A stretch of 64,000 nucleotides of DNA from an uncultured bacterium (GTDB lineage: Bacteria > Verrucomicrobiota > Verrucomicrobiia > Limisphaerales > JACDHS01), in contig CBHTTJ010000001.1 in assembly GCA_966095605.1 (NCBI GenBank), forward strand, positions 7,906 through 71,905, written 5' to 3'. Of this stretch, positions 48,476-55,652 are shown piece by piece (position 1 is the stretch's first letter; each line of letters begins with the position of its first letter). The translations under genes and the position numbers were made by a program. Under the pieces are notes generated by a model, which saw nothing but the letters and a program-made list of their open reading frames with translations, searched no databases and was not told the DNA's origin.

Positions 48476-49114
48476 TTAGAATCCGACTTCGGGATCGTAG
48501 TCGGGCTTGGGCGCCGGAACCGGCGCGACACTTTTGGACGGTGCCGCCGATGCGCCGGAACGAACTCCCTCTCCGCTCTGGGGAGAGGGTTGAGGTGAGG
48601 TGCGCGCCGTAGGCGCATTGTGTGCAGCCTGCGGCTGCTGTTTAACCTTCCATTCCGAAATCCTTTGCCGCGCCGCCGCTGGATCGTAAGAGCCCGAAAG
48701 CTGAATCTTCTTCGTAGGCTTGCTGACGGCATCGATCGCCGCGTAAGTGCGACCTTGCATGTTCTGTTGATGCGAAATGACCAGCGTGCAGCAAGCGCCG
48801 ATCAATTTGCCGAGATCGATCGATTCACCTGGCATCACCGGGCGACCGCGCCATTTGCCGAGGAACTCAGCGAGCTTCGCTTTCGGATGCAGACTCGCCG
48901 TAAAGTTTTTCGTGATGCTGAACGGGCGGCCATCTTCCATCTTCAGCTCGGTTTCGAATGAAACTTTCAGCTTTTGGACGTTTCGTTTCTGGCCTTGGAA
49001 CTCCGTTTCCACCATGCCCAGGTCAATCACGTCATTGCAGATCGCGACGTAAATGCCTTCAGGATGCGGTTTGAAGTCACTGGTTTCTTTGCATTGCAGG
49101 ATGATGTTACTCAT
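48476..49114 (-). CDS. Phage ssDNA-binding-like protein (DUF669-like) with SSB-type disordered tail
   Basis: N-terminal beta-rich domain ('PEGIYVAICNDVIDLGMVETEFQGQK'). Pro/Gln/Ala-rich linker ending in the acidic-aromatic tip 'PDYDPEVGF'. Confidence 0.4.
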   Translation of the reverse strand: MSNIILQCKETSDFKPHPEGIYVAICNDVIDLGMVETEFQGQKRNVQKLKVSFETELKMEDGRPFSITKNFTASLHPKAKLAEFLGKWRGRPVMPGESIDLGKLIGACCTLVISHQQNMQGRTYAAIDAVSKPTKKIQLSGSYDPAAARQRISEWKVKQQPQAAHNAPTARTSPQPSPQSGEGVRSGASAAPSKSVAPVPAPKPDYDPEVGF

Positions 49115-49125
49115 AGTTTTTGTTC

Positions 49126-49569
49126 TTATTTTTCTGTTTTGTTTTTTGTTTCTGTTTCTTTGTTTTTCGAAGACAGCTCGTCGGCCACATCGGCCTTTGC
49201 TGTCGGAAATTCTTTCGAGTCAACCGCGGGAAAGGTGGCGAATCCTGATGGCACAGAGACGTCGCCACGGAGCAGTCGGAAAAAGGTTTGGGAGTCCATG
49301 GTGACCAACCACGGGCGGAAATTGCGTTTGTGCGCGAGAATTGGCACTTTGCCGGTTCCGTCACGGCGCGCCTGATCCATCGCGTCCTCGATGTTCAGCC
49401 GTTCCACGGCTTTGACCTCGAAGTGGATCCAACTCAGTTGCTCGCAAACGACATCCGGCGATTCCGCCGAGCCTGAAAACTGCTGACCACGACGGGCTGC
49501 AAATCCGTTCTCGCGCAATTCATCGCGCCATTGCCGTTCACCGCGTTTACCTTTTTCCCGTGAGTTCAT
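49126..49569 (-). CDS. Holliday-junction resolvase-like PD-(D/E)XK endonuclease
   Basis: Start at the ATG at 49569 ('MNSREKGKRGERQWRDELRENGFAARRGQQFSGSAESPDVV...HFEVKAVERL'), the typical phage resolvase pattern. ATGA overlap with the upstream gene. Confidence 0.55.
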   Translation of the reverse strand: MNSREKGKRGERQWRDELRENGFAARRGQQFSGSAESPDVVCEQLSWIHFEVKAVERLNIEDAMDQARRDGTGKVPILAHKRNFRPWLVTMDSQTFFRLLRGDVSVPSGFATFPAVDSKEFPTAKADVADELSSKNKETETKNKTEK

Positions 49570-49907
49570 CGCGAACCGCCTTTCGCGGTAGCCGCGGGTG
49601 CCGTACCTGTGGCAGGTGTGCCAACACCCCGACCAGCTCGGCAATGTTGCGAAAGGTGCGTTTCGACTTCGCTCCACTTGAAGGCAACCCGGCTGCCGAT
49701 CTTGAAGAACGGGATCAGCTTCCGCTTCATCCAGTTATCCAGCGTGCGCAGGCTGCAACCGAGGCGCTTAGCGACTTCTGGCTTCCCGATGTAATCCTCC
49801 GGTTCAGCGGCTACGGCCGTTACACTGATTGAGGAAACCGGCCTCACGGACACGATGCGTCCAGGAGGGGAAATCAGTCCGGGTCGGTTAATAATTGGCG
49901 TCTTCAT
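49566..49907 (-). CDS. HTH DNA-binding protein (excisionase/AlpA family-like), first gene of the minus-strand phage operon
   Basis: 'KPEVAKRLGCSLRTLDNWMKRKLIPFFKIGSRVAFKWSEVETHL' is a classic HTH_17-type motif. Confidence 0.6.
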   Translation of the reverse strand: MKTPIINRPGLISPPGRIVSVRPVSSISVTAVAAEPEDYIGKPEVAKRLGCSLRTLDNWMKRKLIPFFKIGSRVAFKWSEVETHLSQHCRAGRGVGTPATGTAPAATAKGGSR

Positions 49908-50012
49908 TTCGTTTGCACCGGGCCAATCACTGGATCAGCCCTATACAAACGGAGGGGTGGTCAAAAACTTTTGGAGGCACGCCAACAAAGCCCAATGAAG
50001 ACAGGCGGTTTA

Positions 50013-50048
50013 GCCATTTTGACCAGGTCAAAAAAAGGTCAAAATGGC
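50013..50048. promoter_or_regulatory. Operator-like inverted repeat upstream of the phage-element HTH gene
   Basis: GCCATTTTGACC (50013-50024) / GGTCAAAATGGC (50037-50048) is a perfect 12-bp IR. A third GGTCAAAA copy sits in the spacer (50026-50033). Confidence 0.45.
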
Positions 50049-50174
50049 CGCAAACTCCTTACTGAATGAGAACGAATTGACTTTCGCCGCAGAGAACCCA
50101 AACTCGTCGCCGTAGATGTTTAGGAAGGGATTTCCTGAACACCTCTAGATTCGCCCCATCGGCCCAAAACAAAG

Positions 50175-50321
50175 ATGAAAAAGCAGAAATCAGCATTTCA
50201 GAAAGCAAAGGATAAAGAGAAAAACCAGAAGCGCTATGCGGCCAAAAAACAAGCCGATGAAGAAGAGGAACGAAAGTGGAAAGAGCGCGACACCGACGCT
50301 AGCGGCAAGGATGTAGGTTGA
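50175..50321 (+). CDS. Possible 48-aa Lys/Glu-rich small ORF
   Basis: ATG at 50175 ... TGA at 50319-50321 ('MKKQKSAFQKAKDKEKNQKRYAAKKQADEEEERKWKERDTDASGKDVG'). No clear RBS. Confidence 0.2.
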   Translation: MKKQKSAFQKAKDKEKNQKRYAAKKQADEEEERKWKERDTDASGKDVG

Positions 50322-50457
50322 CTGCAATGTTAAGGAGCCTAAAAAAACACGAACCAATATCCCTGTCTTTCACGGATCGTGGTTGCCGCATTTTCGAGGC
50401 AGCTGCAGTCACGCCTCACGTTGGCCGTCAGGTTTCAATCGCGTCGCCGTTTGAATT

Positions 50458-50802
50458 ATGAAAGTTTTACTTCTCGGACCCGGTAGTGACAGTTTCATCG
50501 CCGCGTTGGACGAGGCGGGCATTGAGTACGAGCGGCGCAATCCGAAGCCACAGCCCGGGGTGATCATGAACGCCAGTGGAGATATCGTGCAGTTCTTAGA
50601 GCACGCAATTCCGTGGGCTTCCATTGCCACAGTTCTCGTTGCATGGATACGCGCACGAGCTTCACGGAAGATTATTGTCACAACCACTGACAACAAAGTC
50701 GTTCACACGGAGGGATACAGTGTGGAGCAGTTCGAGAAGATACTCACGCAGGCGCGGGAGATCGCCATCATTGACACGAAGAAGTCAGACGTTACGAAGT
50801 GA
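50458..50802 (+). CDS. Small single-TM protein (EACC1-like layout?)
   Basis: 114 aa. N-terminal alpha/beta-like segment, TM 'AIPWASIATVLVAWIRA', then 'IIVTTTDNKVVHTEGYSVEQFEKIL'. Confidence 0.45.
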   Translation: MKVLLLGPGSDSFIAALDEAGIEYERRNPKPQPGVIMNASGDIVQFLEHAIPWASIATVLVAWIRARASRKIIVTTTDNKVVHTEGYSVEQFEKILTQAREIAIIDTKKSDVTK

Positions 50803-50850
50803 TGACACCCAACAAGCTGCTGCGTTCGAACTCACATCTTAATTACAATT

Positions 50851-51111
50851 ATGCCAAAAAAATCGAACCAATCAGACGTTAACGAGTCGTTAGCAGATTT
50901 TTGTTTGCGATTGGACTGCAGACTTATGGCGTTGGAGACTTTGTTTGCCGAGAGATTTTACCAAAACAAAGAACAGAGAGAAGCGTTTCACGAAGACGTT
51001 TCCGCGAAATTTAACTTTTTTTATGAAGCTCGCTTAAAGCAGGCGGAGAAGATTGGGCCGGACACGGTTGCAAGGATGCGCGGTCGAAATAAGAAGTCCA
51101 AAGAGAACTGA
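50851..51111 (+). CDS. Small helical hypothetical protein
   Basis: 86-aa ORF, charged and helical. No family recognised. Confidence 0.35.
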   Translation: MPKKSNQSDVNESLADFCLRLDCRLMALETLFAERFYQNKEQREAFHEDVSAKFNFFYEARLKQAEKIGPDTVARMRGRNKKSKEN

Positions 51112-51151
51112 GAAGGTATTTCGTCGGCACTTTGGCCACGCTATTTGATTT

Positions 51152-51688
51152 GTGGACGTTGTAGCGATTATGATTGCAGGATTAGCTTGGATTAAGGATT
51201 TCATCCGTCTCGGTTTGGACCTGGTCGAGGCGCGCATTCCATTCCGTCTTGAGACAGGCGTAAATGGTGATCCCGCTACGGTCTACGTGGCCGTCACCAA
51301 CCACACTAAAGATATGCCTTTGTTCATCCGGCAGGTCCGTATTCATTTTGGGCATCCAGACGTCACTTATTCGTTCATTCTTGCACCATCGGAAACGCAG
51401 CAGATTAAACCAAGAGATCGCGCGGAGTTCGTTATTTCCTACGCCGCCGGAAACCGCATTAGTCGCAGGCTGATTGTTGACCAATCGAAATACCATCCAG
51501 GTCTGGGTGATGGCTTCCCATCGTTTGACCATCCGGCTCAGCTTTTTCACGCAATTGCCAATGGCCCAAAGCGGGGTTCTTGGATTGAAATAGATTTTAA
51601 CGAAGTTCAAACAGCGCCGGTTTCGACGTGGAAAGATGAAGCCGCTATTTCAGAGAGCGGTGCAGAAATGGAAGTATGCAAACGATAA
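51152..51688 (+). CDS. N-terminally anchored hypothetical protein with beta-rich domain
   Basis: GTG start. TM 'VVAIMIAGLAWIKDFI' followed by a beta-sandwich-like sequence. Confidence 0.4.
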   Translation: MDVVAIMIAGLAWIKDFIRLGLDLVEARIPFRLETGVNGDPATVYVAVTNHTKDMPLFIRQVRIHFGHPDVTYSFILAPSETQQIKPRDRAEFVISYAAGNRISRRLIVDQSKYHPGLGDGFPSFDHPAQLFHAIANGPKRGSWIEIDFNEVQTAPVSTWKDEAAISESGAEMEVCKR

Positions 51689-51869
51689 ACAAGCACCGCT
51701 TACAGGTCGCGGCGCGGGTGAGCCTTAACGAACTTAACGAAAAAGCGGCCTCATTTTTCGCTTTTTACGCAATCGTTGTTCTGGAGCATTTCCAAAAATC
51801 GAGTATCAATTCTCTTCGCCGATAACCATATCGCGCGCGCGAATCTTCAACGCGCGCTTTGGAAAACTT

Positions 51870-52655
51870 ATGTATCGCCCACCGCTGCCTCGAAGAAAGC
51901 CTTCGCCGCGGCTTCCTTGGAAGCGAGGCCCCGTTGCGTGGAGAATTGCGCAATCAGCCGATGAAGTTCGTCTAAAACTTTCAAGCGAGAAGCGACACTT
52001 TTTAAGTCTCCGCCAAACATCCAGCCTGCTTGGCGTGTCGATCCAACCGGTTCGCGTCTGGATAAAACGTCGGTTCCTCAAATCCGAGCATCGGCGTCAG
52101 CTCATAGCGAAAACTGAAATCATTCGCTTCGTCGATTGGCTGGCTCAACGCGCGGAACCCTTTGATACGGCACGATATGTTGACCGATTTTATTGGCATC
52201 GACGACTGCCGACGTATCCATTCTGGAAGTTAAGCCGTTGCAAATTTGTTTGGCCTTATCGCCAGCCATCTCTTACTCCAAAGGAACTCTCGAAATTGAT
52301 TGGTTGTCACCCTTCTCTTATTGTGAAAGCCATCACTAAAGGTTGGCTGCGAGGGAAGAGAAAATCACCTCGGCGATGGGAAGTTACGCGCCGCGCCTGG
52401 GAGGACCGATTTCCTTTGACCGTCCAATTTGCACGAAAACCACCTGAATCTTCTTACAAAGTGCTGCTTCCTACAGCCGAGGTGGCAAGGCGGCTAAGTG
52501 CTAAATGCCTCCGCGTCCGCACCCAACGCTATGTGCGCAAATTGATTCGCACCGGCCAGCTTGAAGCCGAAAGACCTACGCCTGGTGGCAGGAAATGGTT
52601 TGTTAACGAAGCGAGCTTAGCGGCGTACTGCAGAAAGTTAAAAAAAGCCTCTTGA
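51870..52655 (+). CDS. Multi-HTH DNA-binding protein (three excisionase/MerR-type HTH-like segments)
   Basis: 'TSSLLGVSIQPVRVWIKRRFLKS', 'LSKLIGCHPSLIVKAITKGWLRGKR', 'TAEVARRLSAKCLRVRTQRYVRKLIRTGQLEAE...RKWFVNEASL'. Confidence 0.5.
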   Translation: MYRPPLPRRKPSPRLPWKRGPVAWRIAQSADEVRLKLSSEKRHFLSLRQTSSLLGVSIQPVRVWIKRRFLKSEHRRQLIAKTEIIRFVDWLAQRAEPFDTARYVDRFYWHRRLPTYPFWKLSRCKFVWPYRQPSLTPKELSKLIGCHPSLIVKAITKGWLRGKRKSPRRWEVTRRAWEDRFPLTVQFARKPPESSYKVLLPTAEVARRLSAKCLRVRTQRYVRKLIRTGQLEAERPTPGGRKWFVNEASLAAYCRKLKKAS

Positions 52656-52677
52656 CACTCTTTTTGGGGTCAATTTC

Positions 52678-52732
52678 TGCAGAAGTCTTGCAAGGGGTTT
52701 GCAAAGACCTTGCAGAGGCATTGCAGAAGATT
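52678..52732 (+). repeat. Five tandem 11-nt phased repeats TGCARRGNNNT
   Basis: The TGCA cores start at 52678, 52689, 52700, 52711 and 52722, an exact 11-nt period. Units: tgcagaagtct / tgcaaggggtt / tgcaaagacct / tgcagaggcat / tgcagaagatt. Confidence 0.75.
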
Positions 52733-52823
52733 TCCATAAATCACAAGTTCACCACAAACCACGCTGCCAGAATGTGTTCCGTGTTTCGGACTGGCGCGGA
52801 TTTCTGTTTGGTAACGTTTGCTC

Positions 52824-53150
52824 ATGCAATACGTGCATGCAATTTTCCGACTCACTGCGAATTGGTTGGTGACGTTAACCGGGAAGTATCGTCTTGGTTC
52901 GTGGGCCGTTTGGGCGATCCTCACGTCATTTACATGCGCGGTCGCAACTATCTTCCGATCAGTTTGGGCGCGCGATCTCCATCGAGTGAAAGAATCGTTC
53001 ATCCGAAGAATAGACGCCGCAACCAAAGCCGTGGAAGCCGAAGCCCGAATCAAAGAGGCTGAAGCCGACAAAAAAACCGCGGAAGCGCTAACCGTTGCCG
53101 CTAAAATTGACGATCGCTCGCTACGTCGAGCAAAACGTGTGTTCAAGTAA
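52824..53150 (+). CDS. Possible small TM + coiled-coil protein
   Basis: ATG at 52824. TM 'GSWAVWAILTSFTCAVATIF', then 'AATKAVEAEARIKEAEADKKTAEALTVAAK'. Competes with overlapping ORFs on both strands. Confidence 0.3.
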   Translation: MQYVHAIFRLTANWLVTLTGKYRLGSWAVWAILTSFTCAVATIFRSVWARDLHRVKESFIRRIDAATKAVEAEARIKEAEADKKTAEALTVAAKIDDRSLRRAKRVFK

Positions 53151-53167
53151 CTCCTGGCGGTCCGCTC

Positions 53168-54154
53168 TCATTCCTCCTCTTCTCCGCTATTAATGGCCTC
53201 CCGCCGATAAATCACCCGTGCCCGCGAATCCGTCAGCGAATCTGCCATCTTCTCAAAATGCGCCGACATCGTCCGCAGCTGCTCCGGGGGGCGGCCAAGC
53301 TTCTTCTCCAACGCCTGCAAACGCAAAGTGATCAACGAAGGCGCACAGGCACAACTCTTCGCTACCTCATTGCGCCCTTGGCCCTCGAGGCAATACAGCT
53401 GAAACACTCGAGTCACGGGCGCTTTGCGATACTTCGTTTCGAGTTCCAAGGCCTTCACGAGGGCAAACAAACGTTGCGCTTCATTGTCTGAAGCCGGCTT
53501 CGTTGTTTCTGCCAGGAATGGCGAAAACAATTCACCCGCCGACTTCGCCGCATGCAAAGATCCATTCGGCATAACGGTCACGATCGCTTCGAGCGCAAAC
53601 AATCCGGCACCGGCATTTCGCAGAATCGTTTGCGCATTTCCATCCACGCACAGGTTCGTTGGGGTCAGAACGATGAAATGTTTCCCGAAGTGCCCAACCA
53701 ATTGTTGAGCCATCCGCGTGAACTCCATCTGGCTTTGCGCCACCGCAAGTAGGATTGGCATTCCGGAGCCACCAAAACTGCCAATCTGGCGAACACCGTC
53801 GATCGGCATAGCCGCCTCGCGAAACTGGAATCCAAACGCCAAGGCCAGCGCACGACCGAGCTTCGTCCAGTTCAACGCCAGCAAGGAAACGTCCGCCACC
53901 GACAACTTCACATCATCGCAATCGCCACATTCCGAAACGCCAACAATGCGATCCGCCGCATGATGGACAACGCGCATCTTGCACCGGCAAACGCTCGAAC
54001 TTGGATACCACGTCGCCATCGAACCCGTCGGCATGAGCAACGCTCCGCGCATCCGCTCAAAGTCACCATCTACGTGCCAACGCCAAACCGCGGGCACCGC
54101 GACAGCGCCGGTTAACGTCTCCAATCCTTGCCAAAGATTTTTCATTGGTAGCAC
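53168..54154 (-). CDS. Hypothetical protein with Cys cluster and C-terminal sigma70-region-4/LuxR-like HTH
   Basis: 'SSSVCRCKMRVVHH...VSECGDCDD' (CxC...CxxC). C-terminal 'VFQLYCLEGQGRNEVAKSCACAPSLITLRLQALEKKLG'. Confidence 0.5.
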   Translation of the reverse strand: MLPMKNLWQGLETLTGAVAVPAVWRWHVDGDFERMRGALLMPTGSMATWYPSSSVCRCKMRVVHHAADRIVGVSECGDCDDVKLSVADVSLLALNWTKLGRALALAFGFQFREAAMPIDGVRQIGSFGGSGMPILLAVAQSQMEFTRMAQQLVGHFGKHFIVLTPTNLCVDGNAQTILRNAGAGLFALEAIVTVMPNGSLHAAKSAGELFSPFLAETTKPASDNEAQRLFALVKALELETKYRKAPVTRVFQLYCLEGQGRNEVAKSCACAPSLITLRLQALEKKLGRPPEQLRTMSAHFEKMADSLTDSRARVIYRREAINSGEEEE

Positions 54155-54190
54155 CGAGCGTGAGCTCGCTCAAAATCACGACTTTGAACT

Positions 54191-55360
54191 TTAAACTTTC
54201 AACGTAGAACTGCGGTTGGGTCGCTTGAACCCCCGTGCGGACATCCAATCCTGCACACAAGGCAACGCGCTTTGTTTCGCCAGCCGAATCGTATTTGGCG
54301 GTATGATCTTCACCTCCAATGGAACCATCGATTTCCCGAGGTGAATGAGAAACGACGCCTCCTTCAGTGTCGCACCCTTCGGCAGCAAACCATTCGCCAT
54401 TGGCAAGGCCGGACACTTGAAGAGATCGACCGCCTTCCAAGTCGTCGAGAGCTTCTGCTGATCATCAAATTCCAGTTCCAACTGTGTCAGCACCACTTTG
54501 CTGATTCCCGGTATGTCATGGCATTCCAGGGCTTCCGCCCCAAACTCACGAATCGGGTGCAGGGTGTACATCTCGTTTCGCTGGAAGTAATCGGCAAACC
54601 CGTGCAGGAAACATCCAAACGCTTTGCGATACAGTTCCCGTTCGCCGTTTGTCTTCGCATTAATCCGGAGTTCATCTGTTTCCGGTGAGTAAACGATCAA
54701 ATCATCTTTGGCCGGCCGATAATGCAGCACTTCCATTTTCCGCTTTTCCACTTTGGACGATCGCAGGTACGTCCCGCCATGCCGCACGAGGTAGTAATCT
54801 TCACCTTTGATCTGGAATTTTTGCACCACCACCGTTTCATCGCCGCGCCCGTTTCGAACAAACCAGCGGTCGAGATCCGCGACTAGTGCACTCAGATCCG
54901 CTTGCTTCAGTGAAGCGGTGCCCAATTCCAAGCAATCATCCGCTTTGGCGTAATAAACAAAAAGTTTCAGCCGGCTAAACCGATACTCATTATATTTGGT
55001 CGCCAGCAATTCAGGCGAAGTGAGCCAAACCCGGAGCGCCACTTCTTCAGGCGTCGGGCGGTCGCCGAGACCGAGCTGCAACCCAGCTTGGAAAAGTCCT
55101 TTCATCAGCCGGTCGTGCCCGTCTTCGGTCGAAAGCTCCTGCACCTCGTGCAAGACATCATTCACTCGGTCCGGCAAGCCTTCCGGCGACATCAACATTC
55201 CGCTCAACGCGGTGAAAAACTCGTCATCGGTTGCTACGATGGACGGCAGAACAAGCTTCTTTGAAGCGAGGTCGCCGTTGAATTTTTCAAAAAACTCCTG
55301 CAACAGATTTCGCCCGATCGCCCGGAGGAAAGAGCAATCGGTGAATCGTCCATGGTTCAT
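54191..55360 (-). CDS. Hypothetical protein (389 aa), first gene of a two-gene operon
   Basis: Long ORF with balanced composition. 36-nt gap to the downstream gene. No motif recognised. Confidence 0.5.
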   Translation of the reverse strand: MNHGRFTDCSFLRAIGRNLLQEFFEKFNGDLASKKLVLPSIVATDDEFFTALSGMLMSPEGLPDRVNDVLHEVQELSTEDGHDRLMKGLFQAGLQLGLGDRPTPEEVALRVWLTSPELLATKYNEYRFSRLKLFVYYAKADDCLELGTASLKQADLSALVADLDRWFVRNGRGDETVVVQKFQIKGEDYYLVRHGGTYLRSSKVEKRKMEVLHYRPAKDDLIVYSPETDELRINAKTNGERELYRKAFGCFLHGFADYFQRNEMYTLHPIREFGAEALECHDIPGISKVVLTQLELEFDDQQKLSTTWKAVDLFKCPALPMANGLLPKGATLKEASFLIHLGKSMVPLEVKIIPPNTIRLAKQSALPCVQDWMSARGFKRPNRSSTLKV

Positions 55361-55615
55361 ATGTTAGTTCATTTCATTCGTCGTCTTTGTTTTCGTAGGG
55401 ATGCTTCCAAACTGGGTGTCTGAGTGCTGCGCCGTCTTCGGTTGGCCATTGGCCATTTCTGGTAAAAAGGGGACAACCCAAAAGAAGCGCAGCAGGTTCG
55501 AAGTGACAGTTGGTTTTCATCTCGTCTCAGGTAGCCGTGCGTCAAACTGCCCCGGCAAACGTTTTAATTATGACCATACGCTAGCGATCAAAGGAGAATA
55601 CAGTCAAAACAAATG

Positions 55616-55644
55616 TTGAATTGTGAATAACTATTTCAGATAAT
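55616..55644 (+). promoter_or_regulatory. Sigma70-like promoter TTGAAT-17 nt-GATAAT placed 8 nt before the XRE-ImmA start codon (leaderless-type)
   Basis: TTGAAT at 55616-55621, 17-nt spacer, GATAAT at 55639-55644, ATG at 55653. No Shine-Dalgarno can fit. Confidence 0.4.
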
Positions 55645-55652
55645 CTGCACAG

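Larger units (their letters stand above)
28501..50050. mobile_element. Integrated phage-like element at tRNA-Leu (integrase, replication, terminase and head genes; no tail or lysis genes recognised). Right boundary uncertain.
   Basis: The integrase sits directly 3' of the tRNA. A single ~20 kb minus-strand transcription direction holds the phage replication and head-morphogenesis genes. No att direct repeat found by eye. Confidence 0.6.

Noticed and set aside
49120-49185. T-rich low-complexity run (tttttgttcttatttttctgttttgttttttgtttctgtttctttgtttttcg) as a possible repeat or regulatory element.
   Set aside because: It lies within the 3' end of the resolvase-like ORF, encoding a K/N/T/E-rich tail, and in the short gap before the next gene. 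It has no defined repeat unit.
28501-50457. Search for an attR direct repeat of the tRNA-Leu 3' end near the presumed right end of the phage-like element.
   Set aside because: I found no convincing match by eye in 49.9-50.5 kb or elsewhere in the window. A manual scan cannot exclude one, so the boundary is left open.
52652-53062. 136-aa + ORF (TTG start) and the antisense 52670-53146 ORF.
   Set aside because: The 5' part covers the 11-nt-period repeat array, which cannot be coding periodicity. The remainder lacks protein-like features. Only the TM + coiled-coil frame (52824-53150) is kept, at low confidence.
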